Below are positions 13,406 to 28,500 of a stretch of 31,716 nt of DNA, piece after piece; the first letter of the stretch is position 1; every line of letters begins with the position of its first letter. The notes under the pieces are model-generated. The model was not told the origin of the DNA. It worked only from the letters and a program-made list of their open reading frames with translations, and did no database searches. The DNA is from Octopus sinensis (Eukaryota), in assembly GCF_006345805.1 (NCBI RefSeq), contig NW_021832111.1, positions 1 to 31,716 on the forward strand. The letters run 5' to 3'. Position numbers and translations under genes: made by a program.

Positions 13406-14431
13406 GTCCCTAGATTGGAAGACATTGGGGTACTTTAGATTATTTAATGAATTGGTAATATATTTTAAAATTTGGAGCGTCTCAAGATGTGAGAACATGA
13501 ATACTTGAGATTATGTAATTAATTTCATAATATATAATTAATTTGGAAGGTCTCTAGATGTTAGGAAATGGTGTACTTGAAATTATGATTAATGCGTAAT
13601 ATATTATGCAATTAAGAGATGTCATAGATTGAAGACAAGGGGGTACTTGAGATTATGTAATTAATTTCATAATATATAATTAATTTGGAAGGTCTCTAGA
13701 TGTGAGAAAATGGGTGTAATTGAGATTATGTAATTAATTGCGTTATATATTATGCAATTAAGAGATGTCCCTAGATTTGAAGACATGGGGTCCTTGAGAT
13801 TATTTAAAGAATTGCCTAACATTTTTACAATTTGGGAGCGTCTCAAGATGTGAGAACATGGGAGTACTTGAGTTTATGTAATTCATTTCATAATATATAG
13901 TAATTTGGAAGGTCTCTAGATGTGAGAAAATGGTGTAATTAAGATTATGTAATTAATTGCGTATATATTATGCAATTAAGAGATGTCCCTAGATTTGAAG
14001 ACATGGGGTACTTGAGATTATTTAATGAATTGCGTAATATATTTTACAATTTGTGAGCGTCTCAAGATGTGAGAACATGGGAGTACTTGAGATTATGTAA
14101 TTAATTTCATAATATATAATGTAATTTGGAAGGTCTCTAGATGTGAGAAAATGGGTGTAATTGAGATTATGTAATTAATTGCGTTATATATTATGCAATT
14201 AAGAGATGTCCCTAGATTTGAAGACATGGGGGTCCTTGAGATTATTTAAAGAATTGCCTAACATATTTTACAATTTGGGAGCGTCTCAAGATGTGAGAAC
14301 ATGGGAGTACTTGAGTTTATGTAATTAATTTCATAATATATAATGTAATTTGGAAGGTCTCTAGATGTTAGGAAATGGGTGTACTTGAAATTATGTAATT
14401 AATTGCGTAATATATTATGCAATTAAGAGAT

Positions 14432-17400
14432 GTCCTAGATTTGAAGACAGGGGGTACTTGAGATTATTTAATGAATTGCCTAATATATTTTACAATTTGG
14501 GAGCGTCTCAAGATGTGAGAACATGGGAGTACTTGAGATTATGTAATTATTGCGTTATATATTATGCAATTAAGAGATGTCCCTAGATTTGAAGACATTG
14601 GGGTACTTGAGATTATTTAATGAATTGTGTAATATATTTTAAAATTTGTGAGCGTCTCAGATGTGAGAACATGGAATACTTGAGATTATGTAATTAATTT
14701 CATAATATATAATGTAATTTGGAAGGTCTCAAGATATGAGAAAATGGGTGTACTTGAGATTATGTAATATATTGCGTTATATATTATGCAATTAAGAGAT
14801 GTCCCTAGATTTGAAGAAATTGGGGGTACTTGAGATTATTTAATGAATTGTGTAATATATTTTAAAATTTGTGAGCGTCTCAAGATGTGAGAACATGGAA
14901 TACTTGAGATTATGTAATTAATTTCATAATATATAATGTAATTTGGAAGGTCTCTAGATGTGAGAAAATGGGTGTAATTGAGATTATGTAATTAATTGCG
15001 TTATATATTATGCAATTAAGAGATGTCCCTAGATTTGAAGACATGGGGTCCTTGAGATTATTTAAAGAATTGCCTAACATATTTTACAATTTGGGAGCGT
15101 CTCAAGATGTGAGAACATTTGAGTACTTGAGTTTATGTAATAATTTCATAATATATAATGTAATTTGGAAGGTCTCTAGATGTTAGGAAATGGGTGTACT
15201 TGAAATTATGTAATTAATTGCGTTAATATATATGCAATTAAGAGATGTCCCTAGATTTGAAGACATGGGGGTCCTTAGATTATTTAATGAATTGCGTAAA
15301 TATTTTACAATTGGGAGCGTCTCAAGATGTGAGAACTTGGAAATACTTGAGATTATGTAATTAATTTCATAATATATAATGTAATTTGGAAGGTCTCTAG
15401 ATGTGAGAAAATGGGTGTAATTGAGATTATGTAATTAATTGCGTTATATATTATGCAATTAAGAGATGTCCCTAGATTTGAAGACATGGGGGTCCTTGAG
15501 ATTATTTAAAGAATTGCCTAACATATTTTACAATTTGGGAGCGTCTCAAGATGTGAGAACATTTGAGTACTTGAGTTTATGTAATTAATTTCATAATATA
15601 TAATGTAATTTGGAAGGTCTCTAGATGTTAGGAAATGTGTGTACTTGAAATTATGTAATTAATTGCGTAATATATTATGCAATTAAGAGATGTCCCTAGA
15701 TTTGAAGACATGGGGTACTTTAGATTATTTAATGAATTGCGTAATATATTTTACAATTTGGGAGCGTCTCAAGATGTGAGAACATGGAAATACTTGAGAT
15801 TATGTAATTAATTTCATAATATATAATGTAATTTGGAAGGTCTCTAGATGTGAGAAAATGGGTGTAATTGAGATTATGTAATTAATTGCGTATATATTAT
15901 GCAATTAAGAGATGTCCCTAGATTTGAAGACATGGGGTCCTTGAGATTATTTAAAGAATTGCCTAACATATTTTACAATTTGGGAGCGTCTCAAGATGTG
16001 AGAACATGGAGTACTTGAGATTATGTAATTAATTTCAAAATATATAATTTAATTTGGAAGGTCTCTAGATGTGAGAAAATGGGTGTAATTGAGATTATGT
16101 AATTAATTGCGTTATATATTATGCAATTAAGAGATGTCCCTAGATTTGAAGACCAGGGAGTACTTGAGATATTTAATGAATTGCGTAATATATTTTAAAA
16201 TTTGGGAGCGTCTCAAGATGTGAGAACATGGGAGTACTTGAGATTATGTAATTAATTTCATAATATATAATGTAATTTGGAAGGTCTCTAGATGTGAGAA
16301 AATTGGTGTAATTGAGATTATGTAATTAATTGCGTTATATATTATGCAAATAAGACATGTCCCTAGATTTGAAGACATTGGGGTACTTGAGATTATTTAA
16401 AGAATTGCCTAACATATTTTACAATTTGGGAGCGTCTCAAGATGTGAGAACATGGGAGTACTTGAGTTTATGTAATTCATTTCATAATATATAATGTAAT
16501 TTGGAAGGTCTCTAGATGTTAGGAAATGGTGTACTTGAAATTATGTAATTAATTGCGTAATATATTATGCAATTAAGAGATGTCCATAGATTTGAAGACA
16601 AGGGGGTACTTGAGATTATTTAATGAATTGCCTAACATATTTTACAATTTGGGAGCGTCTCAAGATGTGAGAACATGGGAGTACTTGAGATTATGTAATA
16701 TATTGCGTTATATATTATGCAATTAAGAGATGTCCCTAGATTGGAAGACATTGGGGTACTTTAGATTATTTAATGAATTGTGTAATATATTTTAAAATTT
16801 GTGAGCGTCTCAAGATGTGAGAACATGGAAATACTTGAGATTATGTAATTAATTTCATAATATATAATGTAATTTGGAAGGTCTCTAGATGTGAGAACAT
16901 AGGAGTACTTGAGATTATGTAATATATTGCGTTATATATTATGCAATTAAGAGATGTCCCTAGATTGGAAGACATTGGGGTACTTTAGATTATTTAATGA
17001 ATTGTGTATATATTTTTTAAAATTTGTGAGCGTCTCAAGATGTGAGAACATGGAAATACTTGAGATTATGTAATTAATTTCATAATATATAATGTAATTT
17101 GGAAGTCTCTAGATGTGAGAAAATGGGTGTACTTGAGATTATGTAATTATTGCGTTATATATTATGCAATTAAGAGATGTCCCTAGATTTGAAGACATGG
17201 GGGTCCTTGAGATTATTTAAGAATTGCCTAACATATTTTACAATTTGGGAGCGTCTCAAGATGTGAGAACATGGGAGTACTTGAGTTTATGTAATTAATT
17301 TCATAATATATAATGTAATTTGGAAGGTCTCTAGATGTTAGGAAATGTGTGTACTTGAAATTATGTAATTAATTGCGTAATATATTATGCAATTAAGAGA

Positions 17401-20400
17401 TGTCCCTAGATTTGAAGAAATGGGGGTCCTTTAGATTATTTAATGAATTGTGTAATATATTTTAAAATTTGTGAGCGTCTCAAGATGTGAGAACATGGAA
17501 ATACTTGAGATTATGTAATTAATTTCATAATATATAATGTAATTTGGAAGGTCTCTAGATGTGAGAAAATGGGTGTAATTGAGATTATGTAATTAATTGC
17601 GTTATATATTATGCAATTAAGAGATGTCCCTAGATTTGAAGACATGGGGGTCCTTGAGATTATTTAAAGAATTGCCTAACATATTTTACAATTTGGGAGC
17701 GTCTCAAGATTGAGAACATTTGAGTACTTGAGTTTATGTAATTAATTTCATAATATAATGTAATTTGGAAGGTCTCTAGATGTTAGAAATGTGTTACTTG
17801 AAATTATGTAATTAATTGCGTATATATTATGCAATAAGAGATGTCCCTAGATTTGAAGACATTGGGGTACTTGAGATTATTTAATGAATTGCCTAATATA
17901 TTTTAAATTTGTGAGCGTCTCAAGATGTGAGAACATGGAGTACTTGAGATTATGTAATTAATTTCATAATATATATGTAATTTGGAAGGTCTCTAAGATG
18001 TGAGAAAATGGGTGTAATTGAGATTATGTAATTAATTGCGTTATATATTATGCAATTAAGACATGTCCCTAGATTTGAAGACATGGGGTCCTTGAGATTA
18101 TTTAAAGAATTGCCTAACATATTTTACAATTTGGGAGCGTCTCAAGATGTGAGAACATTGAGTACTTGAGTTTATGTAATTAATTTCATAATATATAATG
18201 TAATTTTGGAAGGTCTCTAGATGTGAGAAAATGGTGTATTAAGATTATGTAATTAATTGCGTTATATATTATGCATTAAGAGATGTCCCTAGATTTGAAG
18301 ATGGGGGTACTTGAGATTATTTAAAGAATTGCCTAACATATTTTACAATTTGGGAGCGTCTCAAGATGTGAGAACATGGAAATACTTGAGATTATGTAAT
18401 TAATTTCATAATATATAATGTAATTTGGAAGGTCTCTAGATGTGAGAAAATGGGTGTAATTGAGATTATGTAATTAATTGCGTTATATATTATGCAATTA
18501 AGAGATGTCCCTAGATTTGAAGACATGGGGGTCCTTGAGATTATTTAAAGAATTGCCTAACATATTTTACAATTTGGGAGCGTCTCAAGATGTGAGAACA
18601 TGGGAGTACTTGAGTTTATGTAATTATTTCATAATATATAATGTAATTTGGAAGGTCTCTAGATGTGAGGAAATGGTGTACTTGAATTATGTAATAATTG
18701 CGTTATATATTATGCAATTAAGAGATGTCCTAGATTTGAAGACATTGGGGTACTTGAGATTATTTAGAATTGCCTAACATATTTTACAATTTGGGAGCGT
18801 CTCAAGATGTGAGAACATGGGAGTACTTGAGATTATGTAATTAATTGCGTTATATATTATCAATTAAGAGATGTCCCTAGATTGGAAGACATTGGGGTAC
18901 TTTAGATTATTTAATGAATTGTGTAATATATTTTAAAATTTGTGAGCGTCTCAAGATGTGAGAACATGGAAATACTTGAGATTATGTAATTAATTTCATA
19001 ATATATAATGTAATTTGGAAGGTCTCTAGATGTGAGAAAATGGGTGTAATTGAGATTATGTAATTAATTGCGTTATATATTATGCAATTAAGAGATGTCC
19101 CTAGATTTGAAGACCAAGGGGTACTTGAGATTATTTAATGAATTGCGTAATATATTTTACAATTTGGGAGCGTCTCAAGATGTGAGAACATGGGAGTACT
19201 TGAGATTATGTAATTAATTTCATAATATATAATGTAATTTGGAAGGTCTCTAGATGTGAGAAAATGGGTGTAATTGAGATTATGTAATTAATTGCGTTAT
19301 ATATTATGCAATTAAGAGATGTCCCTAGATTTGAAGACATGGGGGTCCTTGAGATTATTTAAGAATTGCCTAACATATTTTACAATTTGGGAGCGTCTCA
19401 AGATGTGAGAACATGGGAGTACTTGAGTTTATGTAATTAATTCCATAATATATATGTAATTTGGAAGGTCTCTAGATGTGAGAAAATGGGTGTACTTGAG
19501 ATTATGTAATTATTGCGTTATATATTATGCAATTAAGAGATGTCCTAGATTGAAGACATTGGGGTACTTTAGATTATTTAATGAATTGCCTAATATTTTT
19601 ACAATTTGGGAGCGTCTCAAGATGTGAGAACATGGAGTACTTGAGATTATGTAATATATTGCGTTATATATTATGCAATTAGGATGTCCCTAGATTTGAA
19701 GACATTGGGGTACTTGAGATTATTTAATGAATTGTGTAATATATTTAAAATTTGTGAGCGTCTCAAAGTGAGAACATGGAATACTTGAGATTATGTAATT
19801 AATTTCATAATATATAATGTAATTTGGAAGGTCTCAAGATATGAGAAATGGGTGTACTTGAGATTATGTAATATATTGCGTTATATATTATGCAAATAAG
19901 ACATGTCCCTAGATTTGAAGACATGGGGTACTTGAGATTATTTAAGAATTGCTAATATATTTTACAATTTGGGAGCGTCTCAAGATGTGAGAACATTTGA
20001 GTACTTGAGTTTATTAATTAATAATTCATAATATATAATGTAATTTGGAAGGTCTCTAGATGTTGGAATTGTGTGTACTTGAAATTATGTAATTATTTGC
20101 GTAATATATTATGCAATTAAGAGATGTCCCAGATTTGAAGACAAGGGGGTACTTGAGATTATTTAATTAATTTCATAATATATAATTTAATTTGGAAGGT
20201 CTCTAGATGTGAGAAAATGGGTGTAATTGAGATTATGTAATTTTTGCGTTATATATTTCAATTAAGACATGTCCTAGATTTGAAGACATGGGGTCCTTGA
20301 GATTATTTAATGAATTACGTAATATATTTTACAATTTGGAAGCGTCTCAAGATGTGAGAACATGGAGTACTTGAGATTATGTAATTAATTCGTAATATAT

Positions 20401-22558
20401 TATGAATTAAGAGATGTCCCTAGATTTGAAGACATGGGGTACTTGAGATTATTTAAAGAATTGCCTAATATATTTTACAATTTGGAGCGTCTCAAGATGT
20501 GAAAACATTTGAGTACTTGATTTATGTAATTAATTTCATAATATATAATGTAATTTGGAAGGTCTCTAGATGTTAGAAATGGGTGTACTTGAGATTATGT
20601 AATTATTGCGTTATATATTATGCAATAAGAGATGTCCCTAGATTTGAAGACATGGGGGTCTTGAGATTATTTAAAGAATTGCCTAACATATTTTACAATT
20701 TGGGAGCGTCTCAAGATGTGAGAACATGGAGTACTTGAGTTTATGTAATTAATTTCATAATATATAATGTAATTTGGAAGGTCTCTAGATGTGAGAAAAT
20801 GGGTGTACTTGAGATTATGTAATTAATTGCGTTATATTTATGCAATTAAGAGATGTCCCTAGATTTGAAGACATGGGGGTCCTTGAGATTATTTAATGAA
20901 TTGCGTAATATATTTTAAATTTGGGAGCGTCTCAAGATGTGAGAACATGGGAGTACTTGAGATTATGTAATTAATTCATAATATATAATGTAATTTGGAA
21001 GGTCTCTAGATGTGAGAAATGGGTGTATTGAGATTATAATTAATTGCGTTATATATTATGCAAATAAGACATGTCCTCAGATTTGAAGACATTGGGGTAC
21101 TTGAGATTATTTAAAGAATTGCCTAACATATTTTACAATTTGGGAGCGTCTCAAGATGTGAGAACATTGGAGTACTTGAGTTTATGTAATTCATTTCATA
21201 ATATATATTGTAATTTGGAAGGCCTCTAGATGTTATGAAATGGGTGTACTTGAAATTATGTAATTAATTGCGTAATATATTATGCAATTAAGAGATGTCC
21301 ATAGATTTGAAGACCAGGGGGTACTTGAGATTATTTAATGAATTGCGTAATATTTTTTACAATTTGGGAGCGTCTCAAGATGTGAGAACATGGGAGTACT
21401 TGAGATTATGTAATTAATTTCATAATATATAATGTAATTTGAAGGTCTCTAGATGTGAGAAAATGGGTGTAATTGAGATTATGTAATTAATTGCGTTATA
21501 TATTATGCAATTAAGAGATGTCCCTAGATTTGAAGACATGGGGGTCCTTGAGATTATTTAAGAATTGCCTAACATATTTTCAATTTGGGAGCGTCTCAAG
21601 ATGTGAGAACATGGGAGTACTTGAGTTTATGTAATTAATTTCATAATATATAATGTAATTTGAAGGTCTCTAGATGTGAGAAAATGCGTGTACTTGAAAT
21701 TATGTAATAATTGCGTTATATATTATGCAATTAAGAGATGTCCTAGATTTGAAGACATTGGGGTACTTTAGATTATTTAATGAATTGCCTAACATATTTT
21801 ACAATTTGGGAGCGTCTCAAGATGTGAGAACATGGGAGTACTTGAGATTATGTAATATATTGCGTTATATATTATGCAATTAAGAGATGTCCCTAGATTG
21901 GAAGACATTGGGGTACTTTAGATTATTTAATGAATTGTGTAATATATTTTAAAATTTGTGAGCGTCTCAAGATGTGAGAACATGGAAATACTTGAGATTA
22001 TGTAATTAATTTCATAATATATAATGTAATTTGGAAGGTCTCAAGATATGAGAAAATGCGTGTACTTGAGATTATGTAATATATTGCGTTATATATTATG
22101 CAAATAAGACATGTCCCTAGATTTGAAGACCAGGGGGTACTTGAGATTATTTAATGAATTGCGTAATATATTTTACAATTTGGGAGCGTCTCAAGATGTG
22201 AGAACATGAGAGTACTTGAGATTATGTAATTAATTTCATAATATATAATGTAATTTGGAAGGTCTCTAGATGTGAGAAAATGGGTGTAATTGAGATTATG
22301 TAATTAATTGCGTTATATATTATGCAATTAAGAGATGTCCCTAGATTTGAAGACATGGGGGTCCTTGAGATTATTTAAAGAATTGCCTAACATATTTTAC
22401 AATTTGGGAGCGTCTCAAGATGTGAGAACATGGGAGTACTTGAGTTTATGTAATTCATTTCATAATATATAATGTAATTTGGAAGGTCTCTAGATGTTAG
22501 GAAATGGGTGTACTTGAAATTATGTAATTATTGCGTATATATTATGCAATTAAGAGAT
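14432..22558. repeat. ~8.1-kb higher-order repeat, copy 1 (39 units: 32 full, 7 short; 110 subunits)
   Basis: Short units at ranks 1,11,21,25,28,29,36 (14432, 16582, 18727, 19542, 20126, 20271, 21740). Private markers gtcctcagat 21073 and ggcctctagatgttatg 21221. Confidence 0.85.
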
Positions 22559-25500
22559 GTCCCTAGATTTGAAGACAGGGGTACTTGAGATTATTTAATG
22601 AATTGCTAACATATTTTACAATTTGGGAGCGTCTCAAGATGTGAGAACATGGGAGTACTTGAGATTATGTAATATTTGCGTTATATATTATGCAATTAAG
22701 AGATGTCCCTAGATTGGAAGACATTGGGGTACTTTAGATTATTTAATGAATTGTGTAATATATTTAAAATTTGTGAGCGTCTCAAGATGTGAGAACATGG
22801 AAATACTTGAGATTATGTAATTAATTTCATAATATATATGTAATTTGGAAGGTCTCAAGATATGAGAAAATGCGTGTACTTGAGATTATGTAATATATTG
22901 CGTTATATATTATGCAATTAAGAGATGTCCCTAGATTGGAGAAATTGGGGTACTTAGATTATTTAATGAATTGTGTAATATATTTTAAATTTTGTGAGCG
23001 TCTCAAGATGTGAGAACATGGAAATACTTGAGATTATGTAATTAATTTCATAATATATAATGTAATTGGAAGGTCTCTAGATGTGAGAAAATGGGTGTAT
23101 TGAGATTATGTAATTAATTGCGTTATATATTATGCAATTAAGAGATGTCCCTAGATTTGAAGACATGGGGGTCCTTGAGATTATTTAAGAATTGCCTAAT
23201 ATATTTTACAATTTGGGAGCGTCTCAAGATGTGAGAACATGGGAATTTGAGTACTTGAGTTTTAATGTAATTAATTTCATAATATATAATGTAATTTGGA
23301 AGGTCTCTAGATGTGAGGAAATGTGTGTACTTGAAATTATGTAATTAATTGCGTTATATATTATGCAATTAAGAGATGTCCCTAGATTTGAAGAATGGGG
23401 GTCCTTTAGATTATTTAATGAATTGCCTAATATATTTTACAATTTGGGAGCGTCTCAAGATGTGAGAACATGAAATACTTGAGATTATGTAATTAATTTC
23501 ATAATATATATGTAATTTGGAAGGTCTCTAGATGTGAGAAAATGGGTGTAATTGAGATTATGTAATTAATTGCGTTATATATTATGCAATTAAGAGATGT
23601 CCCTAGATTTGAAGACATGGGGTCCTTGAGATTATTTAAAATTGCCTAACATATTTTACAATTTGGGAGCGTCTCAAGATGTGAGAACATTGAGTACTTG
23701 AGTTTATGTAATTAATTTCATAATATATAATGTAATTTGGAAGGTCTCTAGATGTGAGGAAATGTGTGTACTTGAAATTATGTAATTAATTGCGTTATAT
23801 ATTATGCAATTAAGAGATGTCCCTAGATTGGAAGACATGGGGTACTTGAGATTATTTAATGAATTGCGTAATATATTTTACAATTTGTGAGCGTCTCAAG
23901 ATGTGAGAACATGGAAATACTTGAGATTATGTAATTAATTTCATAATATATAATGTAATTTGGAAGGTCTCTAGATGTGAGAAAATGTGTAATTGAGATT
24001 ATGTAATTAATTGCGTATATATTATGCAATTAAGAGATGTCCCTAGATTTGAAGACATGGGGGTCCTTGAGATTATTTAAAGAATTGCCTAACATATTTT
24101 ACAATTTGGGAGCGTCTCAAGATGTGAGAACATTTGAGTACTTGAGTTTATGTAATTAATTTCATATATTAATGTAATTTTGAAGGTCTCTAGATGTGAG
24201 AAAATGGGTGTAATTAAGATTATGTAATTAATTGCGTTATATATTATGCAATTAAGAGATGTCCCTAGATTTGAAGACATGGGGGTCCTTGAGATTATTT
24301 AATGAATTACTAATATTTTTAAAATTTGGGAGCGTCTCAAGATGTGAGAACATGGGATACTTGAGATTATGTAATTAATTTCATAATATATAATGTAATT
24401 TGGAAGGTCTCTAGATGTGAGAAAATGGTGTAATTGAGATTATGTAATTATTGCGTTATATATTATGCAATTAAGAGATGTCCCTAGATTTGAAGACATG
24501 GGGGTCCTTGAGATTATTTAAAGAATTGCCTACATATTTTACAATTTGGGAGCGTCTCAAGATGTGAGAACATGGAGTACTTGAGTTTATGTAATTAATT
24601 TCATAATATATAATGTAATTTGGAAGGTCTCTAGATGTTAGGAAATGGTGTACTTGAATTATGTAATAATTGCGTAATATATTATGCAATTAAGAGATGT
24701 CCATAGATTTGAAGACAAGGGGGTACTTGAGATTATTTAATGAATTGCCTAACATATTTTAACAATTTGGGAGCGTCTCAAGATGTGAGAAAATGGGAGT
24801 ACTTGAGATATGTAATATATTGCGTTATATATTATGCAATTAAGAGATGTCCCTAGATTGGAAGACATTGGGGTACTTTAGATTATTTAATGAATTGTGT
24901 AATATATTTTAAAATTTGTGAGCGTCTCAAGATGTGAGAACATGGAAATACTTGAGATTATGTAATTAATTTCATAATATATAATGTAATTTGGAAGGTC
25001 TCAAGATATGAGAAAATGCGTGTACTTGAGATTATGTAATATATTGCGTTATATATTATGCAATTAAGAGATGTCCCTAGATTGGAAGAAATTGGGGTAC
25101 TTTAGATTATTTAATGAATTGTGTAATATATTTTAAAATTTGTGAGCGTCTCAAGATGTGAGAACATGGAAATACTTGAGATTATGTAATTAATTTCATA
25201 ATATATAATGTAATTTGGAAGGTCTCTAGATGTGAGAAAATGGGTGTAATTGAGATTATGTAATTAATTGCGTTATATATTATGCAATTAAGAGATGTCC
25301 CTAGATTTGAAGACATGGGGGTCCTTGAGATTATTTAAAGAATTGCCTAACATATTTTACAATTTGGGAGCGTCTCAAGATGTGAGAACATTTGAGTACT
25401 TGAGTTTATGTAATTAATTTCATAATATATAATGTAATTTGGAAGGTCTCTAGATGTTAGAAAATGTTTACTTGAAATTATGTAATTAATTGCGTATATA

Positions 25501-28500
25501 TTATGCAATTAAGAGATGTCCCTAGATTTGAAAATGGGGTCTTTAGATTATTTAATGAATTGTTAATATATTTTAAAATTTGTGAGCGTCTCAAGATGTG
25601 AGAACATGGAAGTACTTGAGATTATGTAATTAATTTCATAATATATAATGTAATTTGGAAGGTCTCTAGATGTGAGAAAATGGGTGTAATTGAGATTATG
25701 TAATTAATTGCGTATATATTATGCAATTAAGAGATGTCCCTAGATTTGAAGACATGGGGTCCTTGAGATTATTTAAAGAATTGCCTAACATATTTTACAA
25801 TTTGGAGCGTCTCAAGATGTGAGACATTTGAGTACTTGAGTTTATGTAATTAATTTCATAATATATAATGTAATTTGGAAGGTCTCTAGATGTTAGGAAT
25901 GTGTGTACTTGAAATTATGTAATTAATTGCGTATATATTATGCAATAAGAGATGTCCCTAGATTGGAAGAAATTGGGGTACTTGAGATTATTTAATGAAT
26001 GTGTAATATATTTTAAAATTTGTGAGCGTCTCAAGATGTGAGAACATGGAGTACTTGAGTTATGTAATTAATTTCATAATATATAATGTAATTTGGAAGG
26101 TCTCTAGATGTGAGAGAATGGGTGTAATTGAGATTATGTATTATTGCGTTATATATTATGCAATTAGAGATGTCCCTAGATTTGAAGACATGGGGTCCTT
26201 GAGATTATTTTAAAGAATTGCCTAACATATTTTACAATTTGGGAGCGTCTCAAGATGAGAACATTGGAGTACTTGAGTTATGTAATTAATTTCATAATAT
26301 ATAATGTAATTTTGGAAGTCTCTAGATGTGAGTAAATGGGTGTAATTAAGATTATGTAATTAAATTGTGTTATATATTATGCAATTAAGACATGTCCCTA
26401 GATTTGAAGAATGGGGGTCCTTGAGATTATTTAATGAATTACGTAATATATTTTTAAAATTTGTGAGCGTCTCAAGATGTGAGAACATGAAATACTTGAG
26501 ATTATGTAATTAATTTCATAATATATAATGTAATTTGGAAGGTCTCTAGATGTGAGAAAATGGGTGTAATTGAGATTATGTAATTATTGCGTTATATATT
26601 ATGCAATTAAGAGATGTACCTAGATTTGAAGACATGGGGGTCCTTGAGATTATTTAAAGAATTGCCTAACATATTTTACAATTTGGGAGCGTCTCAAGAT
26701 GTGAGAACATGGGAGTACTTGAGTTTATGTAATTCATTTCATAATATATAATGTAATTTGGAAGGTCTCTAGATGTTAGAAATGGTGTACTTGAAATTAT
26801 GTAATATATTGCGTTATATATTATGCAATTAAGAGATGTCCTAGATTGCAAGACATGGGGGTACTTAGATTATTTAATGAATGCCTAACATATTTTACAA
26901 TTTGGGAGCGTCTCAAGATGTGAGAACATGGGAGTACTTGAGATTATGTAATATTGCGTTATATATTATGCAATTAAGAGATGTCCCTAGATTGGAAGAC
27001 ATTGGGGTACTTTAGATTATTTAATGAATTGTGTAATTATTTTAAAATTTGTGAGCGTCTCAAGATGTGAGAACATGGAAATACTTGAGATTATGAAAAT
27101 TTCATAATATATAATGTAATTTGAAGGTCTCTAGATGTGAGAAAAGGGGTGTAATTGAGATTATGTAATTAATTGCGTTATATATTATGCAATTAAGAGA
27201 TGTCCCTAGATTTGAAGACATGGGGGTCCTTGAGATTATTTAAAGAATTGTTTAACATATTTTACAATTTGGGAGCGTCTCAAGATGTGAGAACATTTGA
27301 GTACTTGAGTTTATGTAATTAATTTCATAATATATAATGTAATTTGGAAGGTCTCTAGATGTGAGAAAATGGGTGTAATTGAGATTATGTAATTAATTGC
27401 GTTATATATTATGCAATTAAGAGATGTCCCTAGATTTGAAGACATGGGGTCCTTGAGATTATTTAAAGAATGCCTAACATATTTTACAATTTGGGAGCGT
27501 CTCAAGATGTGAGACATGGGAGTACTTGAGTTTATGTAATTAATCCATAATATATAATGTAATTTGAAAGGTCTCTAGATGTGAGAAAATGCGTGTACTT
27601 GAGATTATGTAATATATTGCGTTATATATTATGCAATTAAGAGATGTCCTAGATTGCAAGACATTGGGGTACTTAGATTATTTAATGAATTGCCTAACAT
27701 ATTTTACAATTTGGGAGCGTCTCAGATGTGAGAACATGGAGTACTTGAGATTATGTAATATATTGCGTTATATATTATGCAATTAAAGATGTCCCTAGAT
27801 GGAAGACATTGGGGTACTTTAGATTATTTAATGAATTGTGTATATATTTAAAATTTGTGAGCGTCTCAAGATGTGAGAACATGGAAATACTTGAGATTAT
27901 GTAATTAATTTCATAATATATAATGTAATTTGGAAGGTCTCAAGATATGAGAAAATGCGTGTACTTGAGATTATGTAATATATTGCGTTATATATTATCA
28001 AATAAGACATGTCCCTAGATTTGAAGACATTGGGGTACTTGAGATTATTTAAAGAATTGCCTAATATATTTTACAATTTGGGAGCGTCTCAAGATGTGAA
28101 AACATTTGAGTACTTGAGTTTATGTAATTAATTTCATAATATATAATGTAATTTGGAAGGTCTCTAGATGTGAGAATTGTGTGTACTTGAAATTATGTAA
28201 TTATTTGCGTAATATATTATGCAATTAAGAGATGTCCATAGATTTGAAGACAAGGGGGTACTTGAGATTATTTAATTTTTCATAATATATAATATTTATT
28301 TGGAAGGTCTCTAGATGTGAGAAAATGGGTGTAATTGAGATTATGTAATTATTGCGTTAGTATTTCAATTAAGACATGTGCCTAGATTTGAAGACATGGG
28401 GTCCTTGAGATTATTTAATGAATTACGTAATATATTTTAACATTTGTAAGCGTCTCAAGATGTGAGAACATGGGAGTACTTGAGATTATGTAATTAATAT

